IMG/VR virus record: IMGVR_UViG_3300027863_000043
Span: 1-57,924 of that record
DNA: 57,924 nucleotides
Strand: one strand, 5' to 3'
Source of the DNA: a virus
Taxonomy: Duplodnaviria > Caudoviricetes
Shown here piece after piece: positions 9,206 to 17,801 of this stretch (the first letter of the stretch is position 1; every line of letters begins with the position of its first letter). The notes under the pieces are model-generated. The model searched no databases, had not been told where the DNA came from, and saw only the letters and a list, made by a program, of their open reading frames with translations. The translations under genes and the position numbers were made by a program.

Positions 9206-11697
9206 TGTGTCGGGAGCGCGTTCAGGTAATGGGCAATCTCCTGTCCGAGCGCCTGAATGGACTCCTGCGCAATAGACACCTGGGTGGCACCGTTGGCCAG
9301 ATTGTTCGCTCTCGTCAATACCTTCTGCGCATAACCGGGCGTCCCCCCGCTGTAGTTCTCCAGCGCGGTCTCCCACTGAGCGGTATTCATGGTGCGCGGA
9401 TCCTTCCCTTGGAGGAGAATGTTCAGCGCTTCGTTTGCGCTCCAGGTTGGATTGATGGCGCTGAGCGGGGTTACACCCTTGTGAAAATTCTCCAACTGGA
9501 ACGCCCCGAGTGCGAGCTGGTGATGTTTCGCTGTTAGCTGGTTCGCCGTCGTGAGGTACTGCTGTCGTGTTTGAAAGGAATAAGACTTGCCCGTTGAATT
9601 GTCGTTGATGACGTAAGGATTTCCGCTGCTCTCCTGCGTGGCGACAGACTGCATGATGGCGTTCACCATGAGGTATTCACCCTGCAAGGCTTGCGGCACG
9701 TGGTGGCTGGCCGCTGCCTGGTAGGCCTTCGCGACGCTTGGGGGCGCGTAGGGGCCCGTATAGGGGTTTCCTGCCGTACCGGTCGGTGTCACGTACGAGG
9801 AGCCCCCGGCAACTTTCGCACCGAGATTCCCCAATAGACTGCGCAGCGCACCCAGTTTCCCAGCCAGCACCTGCATCTTGGCCCGTGCGAACGCATTTTG
9901 TTCGCTGATGGTAAGGCGTGTCTTCTGCCCGCTCACCGTGGAGACGTGTTGCGCGTTCAAAGCGCCAGACTTCAGCATCTGCACGGCTTGGTTTTCGCTG
10001 ATGCCCGTCATCTGAGAAAGGATCCCCGCTTGCGTGAAGATATCGCCCGGGGCCATCTGCTTGACCATCCTGGTCAACTGAGCGCCAAGGGTAGTTCCCC
10101 CCACTTGAGCACCAAGGCCCTGCTCCATAATGCTGCGCATCTGCCACGGATTTGTAACTTTACCGTTGCTAGCTTGGTAGATTGCCGCCATGCTCATGAG
10201 GCCACCGAGACCCGAGCCACTGCCGATGGAGCTATTCATCGTCGAGAGGATGTTGGCCCCAGCTGGGCCTTGCAAACCTTGAATGCCCGTGGCGCTCATG
10301 GCGGTGTACTGAGCGGCGGTGCTGTTCGCTGATGTGATGATGGGGCTCATAGAGCCGAGACCTGAGTACACACTCAAGAGTCCCGTCGCCAGTGCGCCCT
10401 GACGGCCTTGCATGTGACCTTGTTGGACCATGTTGAGGAACATCTGGTTATATGCCGACGGGTTCATGGAGCTCCCCACGCCGTTGGTGATGCCCAGCTG
10501 GGCGGCTTGCGCCATGATGTTCGCCTGCACCTGCGGATCCAAGCCGTTCAGAAGGGCATTCGCCCCCGCTTGTTGGACCATCCGGGTAAGTCCTCGCATT
10601 CCGAGACTGTTCCCAAACCCCTGCATAAGCGTTTGCGCAACTTGAGTGGACTGGACGGGGCTCATCGCGACTCGAGCCCCCGCCATCTGAAGGCTCTGCT
10701 GGAAACCCAATGCCGAGTTCGTGGCGTTATCAAGAGCGTGCGACATTTGCGAGAATACCGGAATGGTCTCGCTGAAGGTCTGCATCCCCTGCTTAATTGT
10801 TCCGCCCACGAGGTTCAGGATGGAGCCCACACCGGCAGCAATCGCCGCTCCAAGGGGTCCGCCCAGCATACCGCCAATCCCCGCTCCCCCGAGACCCCCG
10901 GCCACCGCTCCGGCTTCGCCACCGCCTGCCAGTGCGTCAATCGCTGAACCCGCAACGCCACCCTTGATGCCCCCGACGATTTTGCCCACCAAGCCACTGC
11001 CGGACGCGTTGTTCGTGAAGTGCTGCGCAAAGCGTTGGAGCGGCGTCTGCGCAATAGGCGTCTCGGTGACCAGCCGCTGCGCTTGCGGTGCGCCCAGCCC
11101 GGTGCCGTACTCCTTGTAGAAATTCTTTATCGCGGAGGGGAGCGCCACATTCGAGCTTCCGGCACTGTACGCGGCATTCAAGTACGCCAACTGGGTGTCG
11201 CGCTCCATGGCAGAGAAATTGCTCTGCAGTCCCTGGAACCAGCTCTTAATCTGCTGGGAGGTGACGCCCACTTTCTGAACGCTGGTGCTCACGGGACGGC
11301 CCGCGTACTTGACGCCCCACAGGTTCTGGCCTGCTCCTCCCCGAACCGTGCCCGCAATCGCCGTCATGGCCGGAGCCACGACATTCTCGTAATACTGGGT
11401 GTACCCTGCAGTCGTCGCTAGGTTATAAGAGGGACCCCCGCCGCCGATCCGAGCCGGCATTCCCGCCGTTCCGGGAATCGGAGAATCTGGGGGCGCATGA
11501 TGACCGACAGAAGGGCGCCCTCCTACGGCTACCCCGCCGCCGGATGCCGCCATTTGCGCGTGACCGGCGTCCACTTGTCCGACCGAACGCATCAGGGAGG
11601 TGTACTTCTCGGCCTGTTGGATCATCTTCGACATCTCGTTTTGGAGTTGTCGATAGCCGCTTAAGTCGGCTTTCGTGCTGACTTTAATGTCCGGCAT
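9202..11697 (-). CDS. Tape measure protein with C-terminal lytic transglycosylase (SLT) domain
   Basis: Gly/Ala/Met-rich; 'QESSGNPYVIN...LGAFQL...ALENYSGG..Y..KV' SLT motifs. Confidence 0.85.
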   Translation of the reverse strand: MPDIKVSTKADLSGYRQLQNEMSKMIQQAEKYTSLMRSVGQVDAGHAQMAASGGGVAVGGRPSVGHHAPPDSPIPGTAGMPARIGGGGPSYNLATTAGYTQYYENVVAPAMTAIAGTVRGGAGQNLWGVKYAGRPVSTSVQKVGVTSQQIKSWFQGLQSNFSAMERDTQLAYLNAAYSAGSSNVALPSAIKNFYKEYGTGLGAPQAQRLVTETPIAQTPLQRFAQHFTNNASGSGLVGKIVGGIKGGVAGSAIDALAGGGEAGAVAGGLGGAGIGGMLGGPLGAAIAAGVGSILNLVGGTIKQGMQTFSETIPVFSQMSHALDNATNSALGFQQSLQMAGARVAMSPVQSTQVAQTLMQGFGNSLGMRGLTRMVQQAGANALLNGLDPQVQANIMAQAAQLGITNGVGSSMNPSAYNQMFLNMVQQGHMQGRQGALATGLLSVYSGLGSMSPIITSANSTAAQYTAMSATGIQGLQGPAGANILSTMNSSIGSGSGLGGLMSMAAIYQASNGKVTNPWQMRSIMEQGLGAQVGGTTLGAQLTRMVKQMAPGDIFTQAGILSQMTGISENQAVQMLKSGALNAQHVSTVSGQKTRLTISEQNAFARAKMQVLAGKLGALRSLLGNLGAKVAGGSSYVTPTGTAGNPYTGPYAPPSVAKAYQAAASHHVPQALQGEYLMVNAIMQSVATQESSGNPYVINDNSTGKSYSFQTRQQYLTTANQLTAKHHQLALGAFQLENFHKGVTPLSAINPTWSANEALNILLQGKDPRTMNTAQWETALENYSGGTPGYAQKVLTRANNLANGATQVSIAQESIQALGQEIAHYLNALPTH

Positions 11698-11700
11698 CCG

Positions 11701-11952
11701 TTAGTCCTCCCATCCGAGTTCTTTCGGCGTCGTGGGTACCTGCTCGGCGTCTTTGGCCAAGTGCGCCCGTATCCTTGCGTACCGTTCGTTCATGCTGGCG
11801 ACCTGCTCCGAGAGAGAGGTCGGGCGTCGAGGTTTCCCGCTCATCACGTTGCCAAACTCGAATCGAGCTTGGATCCACACGTCCAAGTCGTGATCGCTCA
11901 AGCGGTCAAGGGCAGCGTCATGCGGCGCAATCCCGTAAAGCATCGCGTACAC
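11701..11952 (-). CDS. Tail assembly chaperone, frameshift-extension part (GT)
   Basis: No clear RBS; frame is open back through the 3' end of the upstream chaperone. Confidence 0.6.
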   Translation of the reverse strand: MYAMLYGIAPHDAALDRLSDHDLDVWIQARFEFGNVMSGKPRRPTSLSEQVASMNERYARIRAHLAKDAEQVPTTPKELGWED

Positions 11953-11992
11953 AAAGCGTCGGTCGTCGAGCAGCGCATCAACCGCGTCATCT

Positions 11993-12301
11993 CTAAGCTT
12001 TTCCCACTGCTTTTTCGGGAGCTTCCGAAAAGGAGTTAAGCCACTTCCATAGCCCTCCTCCGAGTTTGTTTACGACGTGAAAGTCTAGATCCTCGAAATT
12101 CACATTATCAGGCGATGTGCACAAGAGATTCAATGCCGCGAGATTCTGCGAATGGGCGTACGCAAGGGGAACGCCATCAGATACCCCTCCGCGCATCTGG
12201 AGTGCGTCGAGGTCAAGCTGAATCATCTCTTTGGACGACGGAAGCCGGAACGTGTACTTCACGCCTCCGGCTTCGATGGTTTTATTGATCGGCGGCATCA
12301 T
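11993..12301 (-). CDS. Tail assembly chaperone (G)
   Basis: Small ORF between tube and TMP; AAGGAGG RBS; ends W-L-N-S-F. Confidence 0.7.
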   Translation of the reverse strand: MMPPINKTIEAGGVKYTFRLPSSKEMIQLDLDALQMRGGVSDGVPLAYAHSQNLAALNLLCTSPDNVNFEDLDFHVVNKLGGGLWKWLNSFSEAPEKAVGKA

Positions 12302-12309
12302 AGCCCTCC

Positions 12310-12771
12310 TTAGACTTGCCAGACACTCGAATCCGGTGCAATGAAGGACAGGTTGTACGAGACAATGTCGCCGGCGGCCACAGCCACCGCGTCGTTGTTG
12401 TACACACAGTTGTCGATTTGATAGAGCGCGGTGCCGACGGTGTCGACGGCTTCATGCACCGCAATCGTGACCCCTCTCGCCCCGACCTCGGAGACGAGAC
12501 TATCATGGACGGCATTGTGGGCGTTGTTCTGCAGAACCGTGTTTCCCGACAGCGTGCTCTGCGGCACCATGCCCGTCAGTTGCACACTAACGGTGATGGT
12601 CGTTGGAGGGGCGTCCTTGTACCTCGGGTCGCCTACGGCAAAGCGCGGCTGACGGTTCACACTTCGAGTAATCGTGATGTTCTCGCAAAACCCGTACGGC
12701 CCTCCGTTGACCCAGATATCGACGTTATTCGCCGTAAAGAGCGGCGTCAGCTGCGCGCTGTTTTGAGCCAA
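12310..12771 (-). CDS. Tail tube protein
   Basis: 153 aa beta-rich protein immediately after the sheath. Confidence 0.75.
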   Translation of the reverse strand: MAQNSAQLTPLFTANNVDIWVNGGPYGFCENITITRSVNRQPRFAVGDPRYKDAPPTTITVSVQLTGMVPQSTLSGNTVLQNNAHNAVHDSLVSEVGARGVTIAVHEAVDTVGTALYQIDNCVYNNDAVAVAAGDIVSYNLSFIAPDSSVWQV

Positions 12772-12783
12772 TCAACTCACCCC

Positions 12784-14469
12784 CTACGCCACTGCAATGG
12801 GCGTCAGTTGCAACCCAATGTAGTTGGTCGGTACCGCGAATGCGCCTAGAACGCTCCCCGCCAGTTGGTCCGCTGCAGGCTGTGTCAACTGGATGTCCGA
12901 GAGCTTAGGTTGAGCAACGAGGTACTTTTGCTGGTACCAGTAATTTAGCCGCGCAAAGAGCGCCGCGGTGGCCACGCCAATAGGCGTCGGTTGCCCGATA
13001 AACGGCTGCATTGTCGCGTTGAGGTCCTGCGCGACGATATCCACGCACAGCCCCGTGGAATTCTCCACCTTGTCGTATGCGGTGGATTGTAGCCAAGTCG
13101 TGCGATCCTGCTGCAACACCACTGTACCCGCTTGATTGGGCGCGACCACGGCGATCCCGGATGCCAGCCCTTGCGCCACCATCGCTGGCGTGACCGTCAC
13201 GGCCATCCCGCTTGATGGCACAGGTTGTTGCGTCAACGCGTTGTATAGCGGGGTCGCGGCTCGCGCTCCCACGATGGAGCAGGCAACAAGATAGGGCGGG
13301 AACGTCACTTTCGTGTTTCCGTTGTAGTCCGTTCCCTGTTGCTCTGGCCAGACCAGGGTTGACCGATTGCTGTTCAGCGCGGCTTGCGCGGTCGATTCAG
13401 CGGTTAGACTTTGCCCGCTTGCATCCCCTAGATAGCCGCGCCGAGGAACGCCGATGCTCGCCATGTACTTACAATGGGCATCATTCATCGCCCAGACGCT
13501 CTGCGCGGAAGACACGGGTTGCACGAAGGTCACCCCCGTGGTGCTCTGCGCCGTGGTGTACGCGTTTTGCCAATCCGCGTTCGTCGCAGAGGTGGACGTC
13601 CCACCGGTGGCGTAGGTCCACGATGCGGACGTTTGGATGGCCGTGGCTCCTGCCTGACGAACGGCCGTAAAGTAGAGGTTGGCGTTGTTAAAGTAACGCA
13701 CCACCGCTTCCACGTTCCCGTACAGCGTGGTCGGCGTCGCACTTAGCGTTCCGTTCGTGACGTTGTCAAACAGCGCCGCCGTTGTGTCGCTCGGGTTCGG
13801 GTCGGCTACCGACGCGGTAATCGTCGACACCTGATTCAACTGATTGACCACCTGTTGTACGGTCACTGTACTTCCGAGAGCCACGGTTGCAATCACCGTT
13901 CCGTTCGAGTTGACCGTCAGTGCGCTGTCGGTTGCCGAGACGGTTGGCGTAGCTGCGGTACACGCAATCGTCAGGATGGGAAGACTGATGTTATCCTGCG
14001 AATCTGAAGGATAGGTCCTCCCAGCTGGGCCTTGGTAGTCGCTGGCCTGCTGGACTTTGTAGCCAACCGTCGAGCCGGCGGACACCATCCATTTGTTCGT
14101 GTTCGCCGACAAACCCTGCTGAACGGTCGTCAGCGCGATCTGAACCACTCCGCCGGACGAAGGAATGTTGCTTGTCGCAGGCATCAGCTCGTCCACGTTG
14201 ATCGCGCTAATGGACACGGGGCCCCCCACGAATGTAGCACCGGCGAAAGTGTTCAGGATGCCTTGCAACAAGTCGCCACCCTTTAGCTGGGTGATGGCGT
14301 CGTTGGGTGTAGAGAACGGTCCAAGCAGGGTATTGGTCTTCCCGTCGACCGAGGGCCCAATGAGAAGGACGCCAAGACCGCCTACGTTCGGGGCGCCCTG
14401 AAAATTCGCGTCGTTTATGGCGGTCTTGACCGCAGGGGCGTCGAACCATATTCCATTTACCCAAGGCAT
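12784..14469 (-). CDS. Tail sheath protein
   Basis: 561 aa; 'LIGPSVDG...GGDLL', 'AHCKYM', 'PPYLVA', 'LQQDRTTW' motifs of contractile sheaths. Confidence 0.85.
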   Translation of the reverse strand: MPWVNGIWFDAPAVKTAINDANFQGAPNVGGLGVLLIGPSVDGKTNTLLGPFSTPNDAITQLKGGDLLQGILNTFAGATFVGGPVSISAINVDELMPATSNIPSSGGVVQIALTTVQQGLSANTNKWMVSAGSTVGYKVQQASDYQGPAGRTYPSDSQDNISLPILTIACTAATPTVSATDSALTVNSNGTVIATVALGSTVTVQQVVNQLNQVSTITASVADPNPSDTTAALFDNVTNGTLSATPTTLYGNVEAVVRYFNNANLYFTAVRQAGATAIQTSASWTYATGGTSTSATNADWQNAYTTAQSTTGVTFVQPVSSAQSVWAMNDAHCKYMASIGVPRRGYLGDASGQSLTAESTAQAALNSNRSTLVWPEQQGTDYNGNTKVTFPPYLVACSIVGARAATPLYNALTQQPVPSSGMAVTVTPAMVAQGLASGIAVVAPNQAGTVVLQQDRTTWLQSTAYDKVENSTGLCVDIVAQDLNATMQPFIGQPTPIGVATAALFARLNYWYQQKYLVAQPKLSDIQLTQPAADQLAGSVLGAFAVPTNYIGLQLTPIAVA

Positions 14470-14488
14470 TCGTCAATGCGCCTCCTTT

Positions 14489-14731
14489 CTACTTCGGGGT
14501 TGCCTGAAGCCACGCATCGAGGTCCAGTCGCCACTGGCTTTCGGTCTGCTTGAGGCGACCGAGAGCCTTCTTCGCATTGGCGAACGCGCTCAACGCCTCT
14601 ACGTGCACCTGCCCAAGTTTGCGCTGTATCTCATCATGAGCCACGTTTAAAAAGTCGTCCAAGTGCAACAAAAGAGCGTCTTCTTCAGACGCCGGCGCGG
14701 GAGTTGCGGGTGTCGTTTCATCCGGTGTCAC
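14489..14731 (-). CDS. Small conserved protein upstream of sheath
   Basis: 80 aa; 'HLDDFL' motif; operon position. Confidence 0.55.
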   Translation of the reverse strand: MTPDETTPATPAPASEEDALLLHLDDFLNVAHDEIQRKLGQVHVEALSAFANAKKALGRLKQTESQWRLDLDAWLQATPK

Positions 14732-14733
14732 GG

Positions 14734-15345
14734 TTACACCTCCACAAAGTCGACGGTCACTGAAGCCGAAGTCAGAACCGGCTCAGCCAAACGATTCCAA
14801 CCCGCCATGGTTTGAGCGTTCAAGGTCACCGTCCGTGTGTACAGGAACGTAATGGCCCCACGTAAGTCGTCGGGAGCTGGTTGCATCGGACCGAGAGACA
14901 ACTTTTGCTGCTGCAGCCCATACAGCCCCTCGATGGTTTGGCGATAATAGAGAAGCGCCCACTTACACAGCATTTGCGACCAGCGAAGCCAGTTTCGATT
15001 CGGCCCGAGGCAGGCAATCATGACGCTGACGTCAAAGTTGGTGGTTTCCGTCTTCACACCACCTATCGTCGCTGCGCGACTGCCGATGGGCTGTTTCTCG
15101 ATGTCCTCGTCTTCCACGCCACCAATCAAATTCCACGCGAGTCCCTTGACGGGCTGGTTCGTGAAACCCTCTTGGATGACCAGTGTGTTAGCCGCATTCG
15201 CCCACCACGTTTCGATTTCCGTTTGAGCTTCCGTGGTTTCGAACGAGTAGATGTCTGGGGCAAACGTGCTTAGGTTCTGCCGAAACAGCGTCACCGCGCT
15301 CTGAAGGGCGGTTATGACGACTTGTTCTGCACTTAGGATTGCCAT
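14734..15345 (-). CDS. Tail completion/terminator-like protein
   Basis: Position before sheath; start re-set to MAILSAEQ. Confidence 0.55.
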   Translation of the reverse strand: MAILSAEQVVITALQSAVTLFRQNLSTFAPDIYSFETTEAQTEIETWWANAANTLVIQEGFTNQPVKGLAWNLIGGVEDEDIEKQPIGSRAATIGGVKTETTNFDVSVMIACLGPNRNWLRWSQMLCKWALLYYRQTIEGLYGLQQQKLSLGPMQPAPDDLRGAITFLYTRTVTLNAQTMAGWNRLAEPVLTSASVTVDFVEV

Positions 15346-16046
15346 GGAGTTGTCACCGCCTTTTCCCACGCCGCCACCAACGCGGCCTCAATCGCCGGTG
15401 CGACCGCATTCCACGCCGCCTCCGTGATGGGATTTGCCGGGAGGGCCGGGTGAATCCACGAGTTGGGCGCCGATCGAGTCGACACGGTCCGGAACGTGAG
15501 GTACTTATCCTTCCCGAAGCGATACAGATTGCTGTAGCGCTTATCTTCCAGCGCCCCGAGATTGTCGCCCCACTTGTAACGATTGCGCAAAACTTCCCAT
15601 TGATCGTCCGCGCGCACCTCAAGGTAACGGCGCGTGATGCGTGAAATCTTGAGTTTTGCCGCCATCTCCGCCATGGCCTCGGGTAAGTCCGAACCTTTGC
15701 GTACAAACGGAACGATAGTATACGGTTTCCCGTCCTTCGTGACCCGGTGACGTGGCCCCCGCAGTAAAGCGGGTTTCATGTCATAAGGCGCCACAGGCTG
15801 TTCCGGCTCCTCAGGGGTTTGAACTCGAAACGCGAATAGTCCATCGATGGACGCATGGATCGCATTCGCCGCGTTCGAGTTAACCACCTTTCGTGTCATG
15901 CCCGCCAACACCACACCCGAGTAGGCCGCCTGAACGGCAGCCACCATCACCGCACTCGATTCCAGGACCGCCTTGGCGACGGGAGAGTAATCCGGGGTGC
16001 CGGATACCGCACTGGCCAGAGTGCCGAAGTCAAAGGTTACCCGCAC
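15333..16046 (-). CDS. Neck/tail completion protein
   Basis: 'PYDMKPALL...YTIVPF...YLTFRTVS..S.PNSWIHP' motif of myophage neck proteins. Confidence 0.65.
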   Translation of the reverse strand: MRVTFDFGTLASAVSGTPDYSPVAKAVLESSAVMVAAVQAAYSGVVLAGMTRKVVNSNAANAIHASIDGLFAFRVQTPEEPEQPVAPYDMKPALLRGPRHRVTKDGKPYTIVPFVRKGSDLPEAMAEMAAKLKISRITRRYLEVRADDQWEVLRNRYKWGDNLGALEDKRYSNLYRFGKDKYLTFRTVSTRSAPNSWIHPALPANPITEAAWNAVAPAIEAALVAAWEKAVTTPWQS

Positions 16047-16052
16047 ACGCCT

Positions 16053-16745
16053 TCACGCCCCAATCGGGCTCGGGCAGCCCTGGAAGACGACATGCCGCTT
16101 CCTCAACGTCACAATCTGACCTAAGTCTTGCCCGAATACGAGGCGTGGCGTGGGGGGATCGTACGCGACCCACTCAAACTGTGCGGCATACCGCAGACTG
16201 TACATTTGACCTGTCGTGGGGGCGTTCGCGCCCCACGTGATGGTCTTCCCGGCAGCGGTGAAATCCGTTCCCGGCGTGTAGGCCGTCGCCACGCCCGTGG
16301 TCGGATCCACCGTCCACGCTCCTTCCGCAACCGCGATGTTGTAATCCGCCTCGTCGGTGCTCCCCGTCCCGCGTTCAATCGAATCGCTATAGGTGGGAAA
16401 GCTCGCCGTAACCGGGAACATCAGTAGGTCAAACGTGGACAACCGGGGACCTTTCGGATCGGGATAGGCCGTCAGTTCCCCCTCCTGCGCCAAACCGTAG
16501 CCTTGATCCATCATGTCCGTCTGTTGAGAAGGGTCCGACACCATGACCGTCAGGGAAACGGGAGGGTTGGGATACAAGAGGCCAAGACCGTGGCACGCCG
16601 CACAGTTGATGTTGCTTGCCGCGCCTGGGGAGTTCCCACAAGGGCAAAGGACAGCTTGGTACAAGGCGGCCGGGTAGCCTTGGTATCCAATCACCGTAGA
16701 GATGTCGCCTAACACGTCCTGATAGGGACTATCCCCAAGAGCCAT
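16053..16745 (-). CDS. Head closure/neck protein with Zn-binding motif
   Basis: 'LCPC...CAACHG.G' and 'YSLRY' motifs; synteny. Confidence 0.6.
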   Translation of the reverse strand: MALGDSPYQDVLGDISTVIGYQGYPAALYQAVLCPCGNSPGAASNINCAACHGLGLLYPNPPVSLTVMVSDPSQQTDMMDQGYGLAQEGELTAYPDPKGPRLSTFDLLMFPVTASFPTYSDSIERGTGSTDEADYNIAVAEGAWTVDPTTGVATAYTPGTDFTAAGKTITWGANAPTTGQMYSLRYAAQFEWVAYDPPTPRLVFGQDLGQIVTLRKRHVVFQGCPSPIGA

Positions 16746-17448
16746 ATGGGAACCCCCAATCGAACTTATCCAAGCTGCCACCCTTGGTGCCGCGCGGTCG
16801 GCTCATAATCTGGTCGTTCCACACCTGGCGGAAGTTCTCCGCCCTCGCCTCGAGCGACTCCACCATCTTGGAATTGTCGACTTCCACATCCTTAGCCTTG
16901 TAAACCTGCGTCTTGCCAGCCTTGTCCGTGACTAACGCATCGAGGGCCTGGGCGGCCGCCCAGTACATCGCGACATACTGCTCATCCGCCGGAATCGTAC
17001 AAGCTACCGTCGGAGACACCTGGTGCAACGCGAAATAGTCGAAGTTCATGGTGTAGTCGATGAGGGGAGTTGGTGTCACCGTCAAAGATTGGTCAGAATC
17101 GTACCAATCGAAGCACAACTGACGAAGTTCCAAGTTTGCGGGCATCGTCATGATGACGTCGAACTCATACGCATACACTCCGTAGAGATACAGCTCGGAT
17201 CGGTTCGGACTTTTTGCGTAATCGAAACTGGGCCGATCGACTCGAATCCAGTCTGTCGGGAGCGTGTAGCTTGCCGTACCCGCAACCAGGTTGAGCGTGT
17301 AGGGGCGCTTGCGGGGTTTGTATCGGCTATACTGCGCGACCGCATCCATGATGAACTGGTCCAACTCGATGTTTTGAAAGGCCTGCGTTGTCCCGTTGTC
17401 GCGAATCTGGGTGCGCACCAGAGTCTCGAGATCAGATAGAAGCGCCAT
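16729..17448 (-). CDS. Head-tail adaptor protein
   Basis: 'LVAGTASYTLPTDW', 'PTP', 'IP' adaptor motifs; follows the capsid gene. Confidence 0.65.
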   Translation of the reverse strand: MALLSDLETLVRTQIRDNGTTQAFQNIELDQFIMDAVAQYSRYKPRKRPYTLNLVAGTASYTLPTDWIRVDRPSFDYAKSPNRSELYLYGVYAYEFDVIMTMPANLELRQLCFDWYDSDQSLTVTPTPLIDYTMNFDYFALHQVSPTVACTIPADEQYVAMYWAAAQALDALVTDKAGKTQVYKAKDVEVDNSKMVESLEARAENFRQVWNDQIMSRPRGTKGGSLDKFDWGFPYGSWG

Positions 17449-17716
17449 CGTCCGTCACCACACCGTCTGCGGGTTTCTCCGGGCACTTCTCCACATGCGC
17501 GTCGTAATTCTTCTGCGTCCGGTACGATTTACCGCAAAAGGGGCACTCAAAACCGTCCGTCGCATTCTCCGTGAGGAAGTCTTCAACCGCTTGCCATTCC
17601 CCATTTTCGTGGTCTTGGTGCGCGATGCCCTGATACCATTGGTCCCTCCCCACGAGCTCGTGGGTAACCGGGTGGTAGAATGGCGCTCCTGCGTTGTATA
17701 TCCACTTCGCTTCCAT
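17432..17716 (-). CDS. Small Zn-finger protein
   Basis: 'CPFCGKSYRTQKNYDAHVEKC'; GGAGGTG RBS. Confidence 0.65.
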   Translation of the reverse strand: MEAKWIYNAGAPFYHPVTHELVGRDQWYQGIAHQDHENGEWQAVEDFLTENATDGFECPFCGKSYRTQKNYDAHVEKCPEKPADGVVTDDGASI

Positions 17717-17801
17717 CCCTTCACCTCCCGACGACGCAAGAAAGGACCGGCGGTCCACGCCAGTCCTCTCACGTCGGTATGCTGAGTTGTCGTAGCGGAG
17801 G

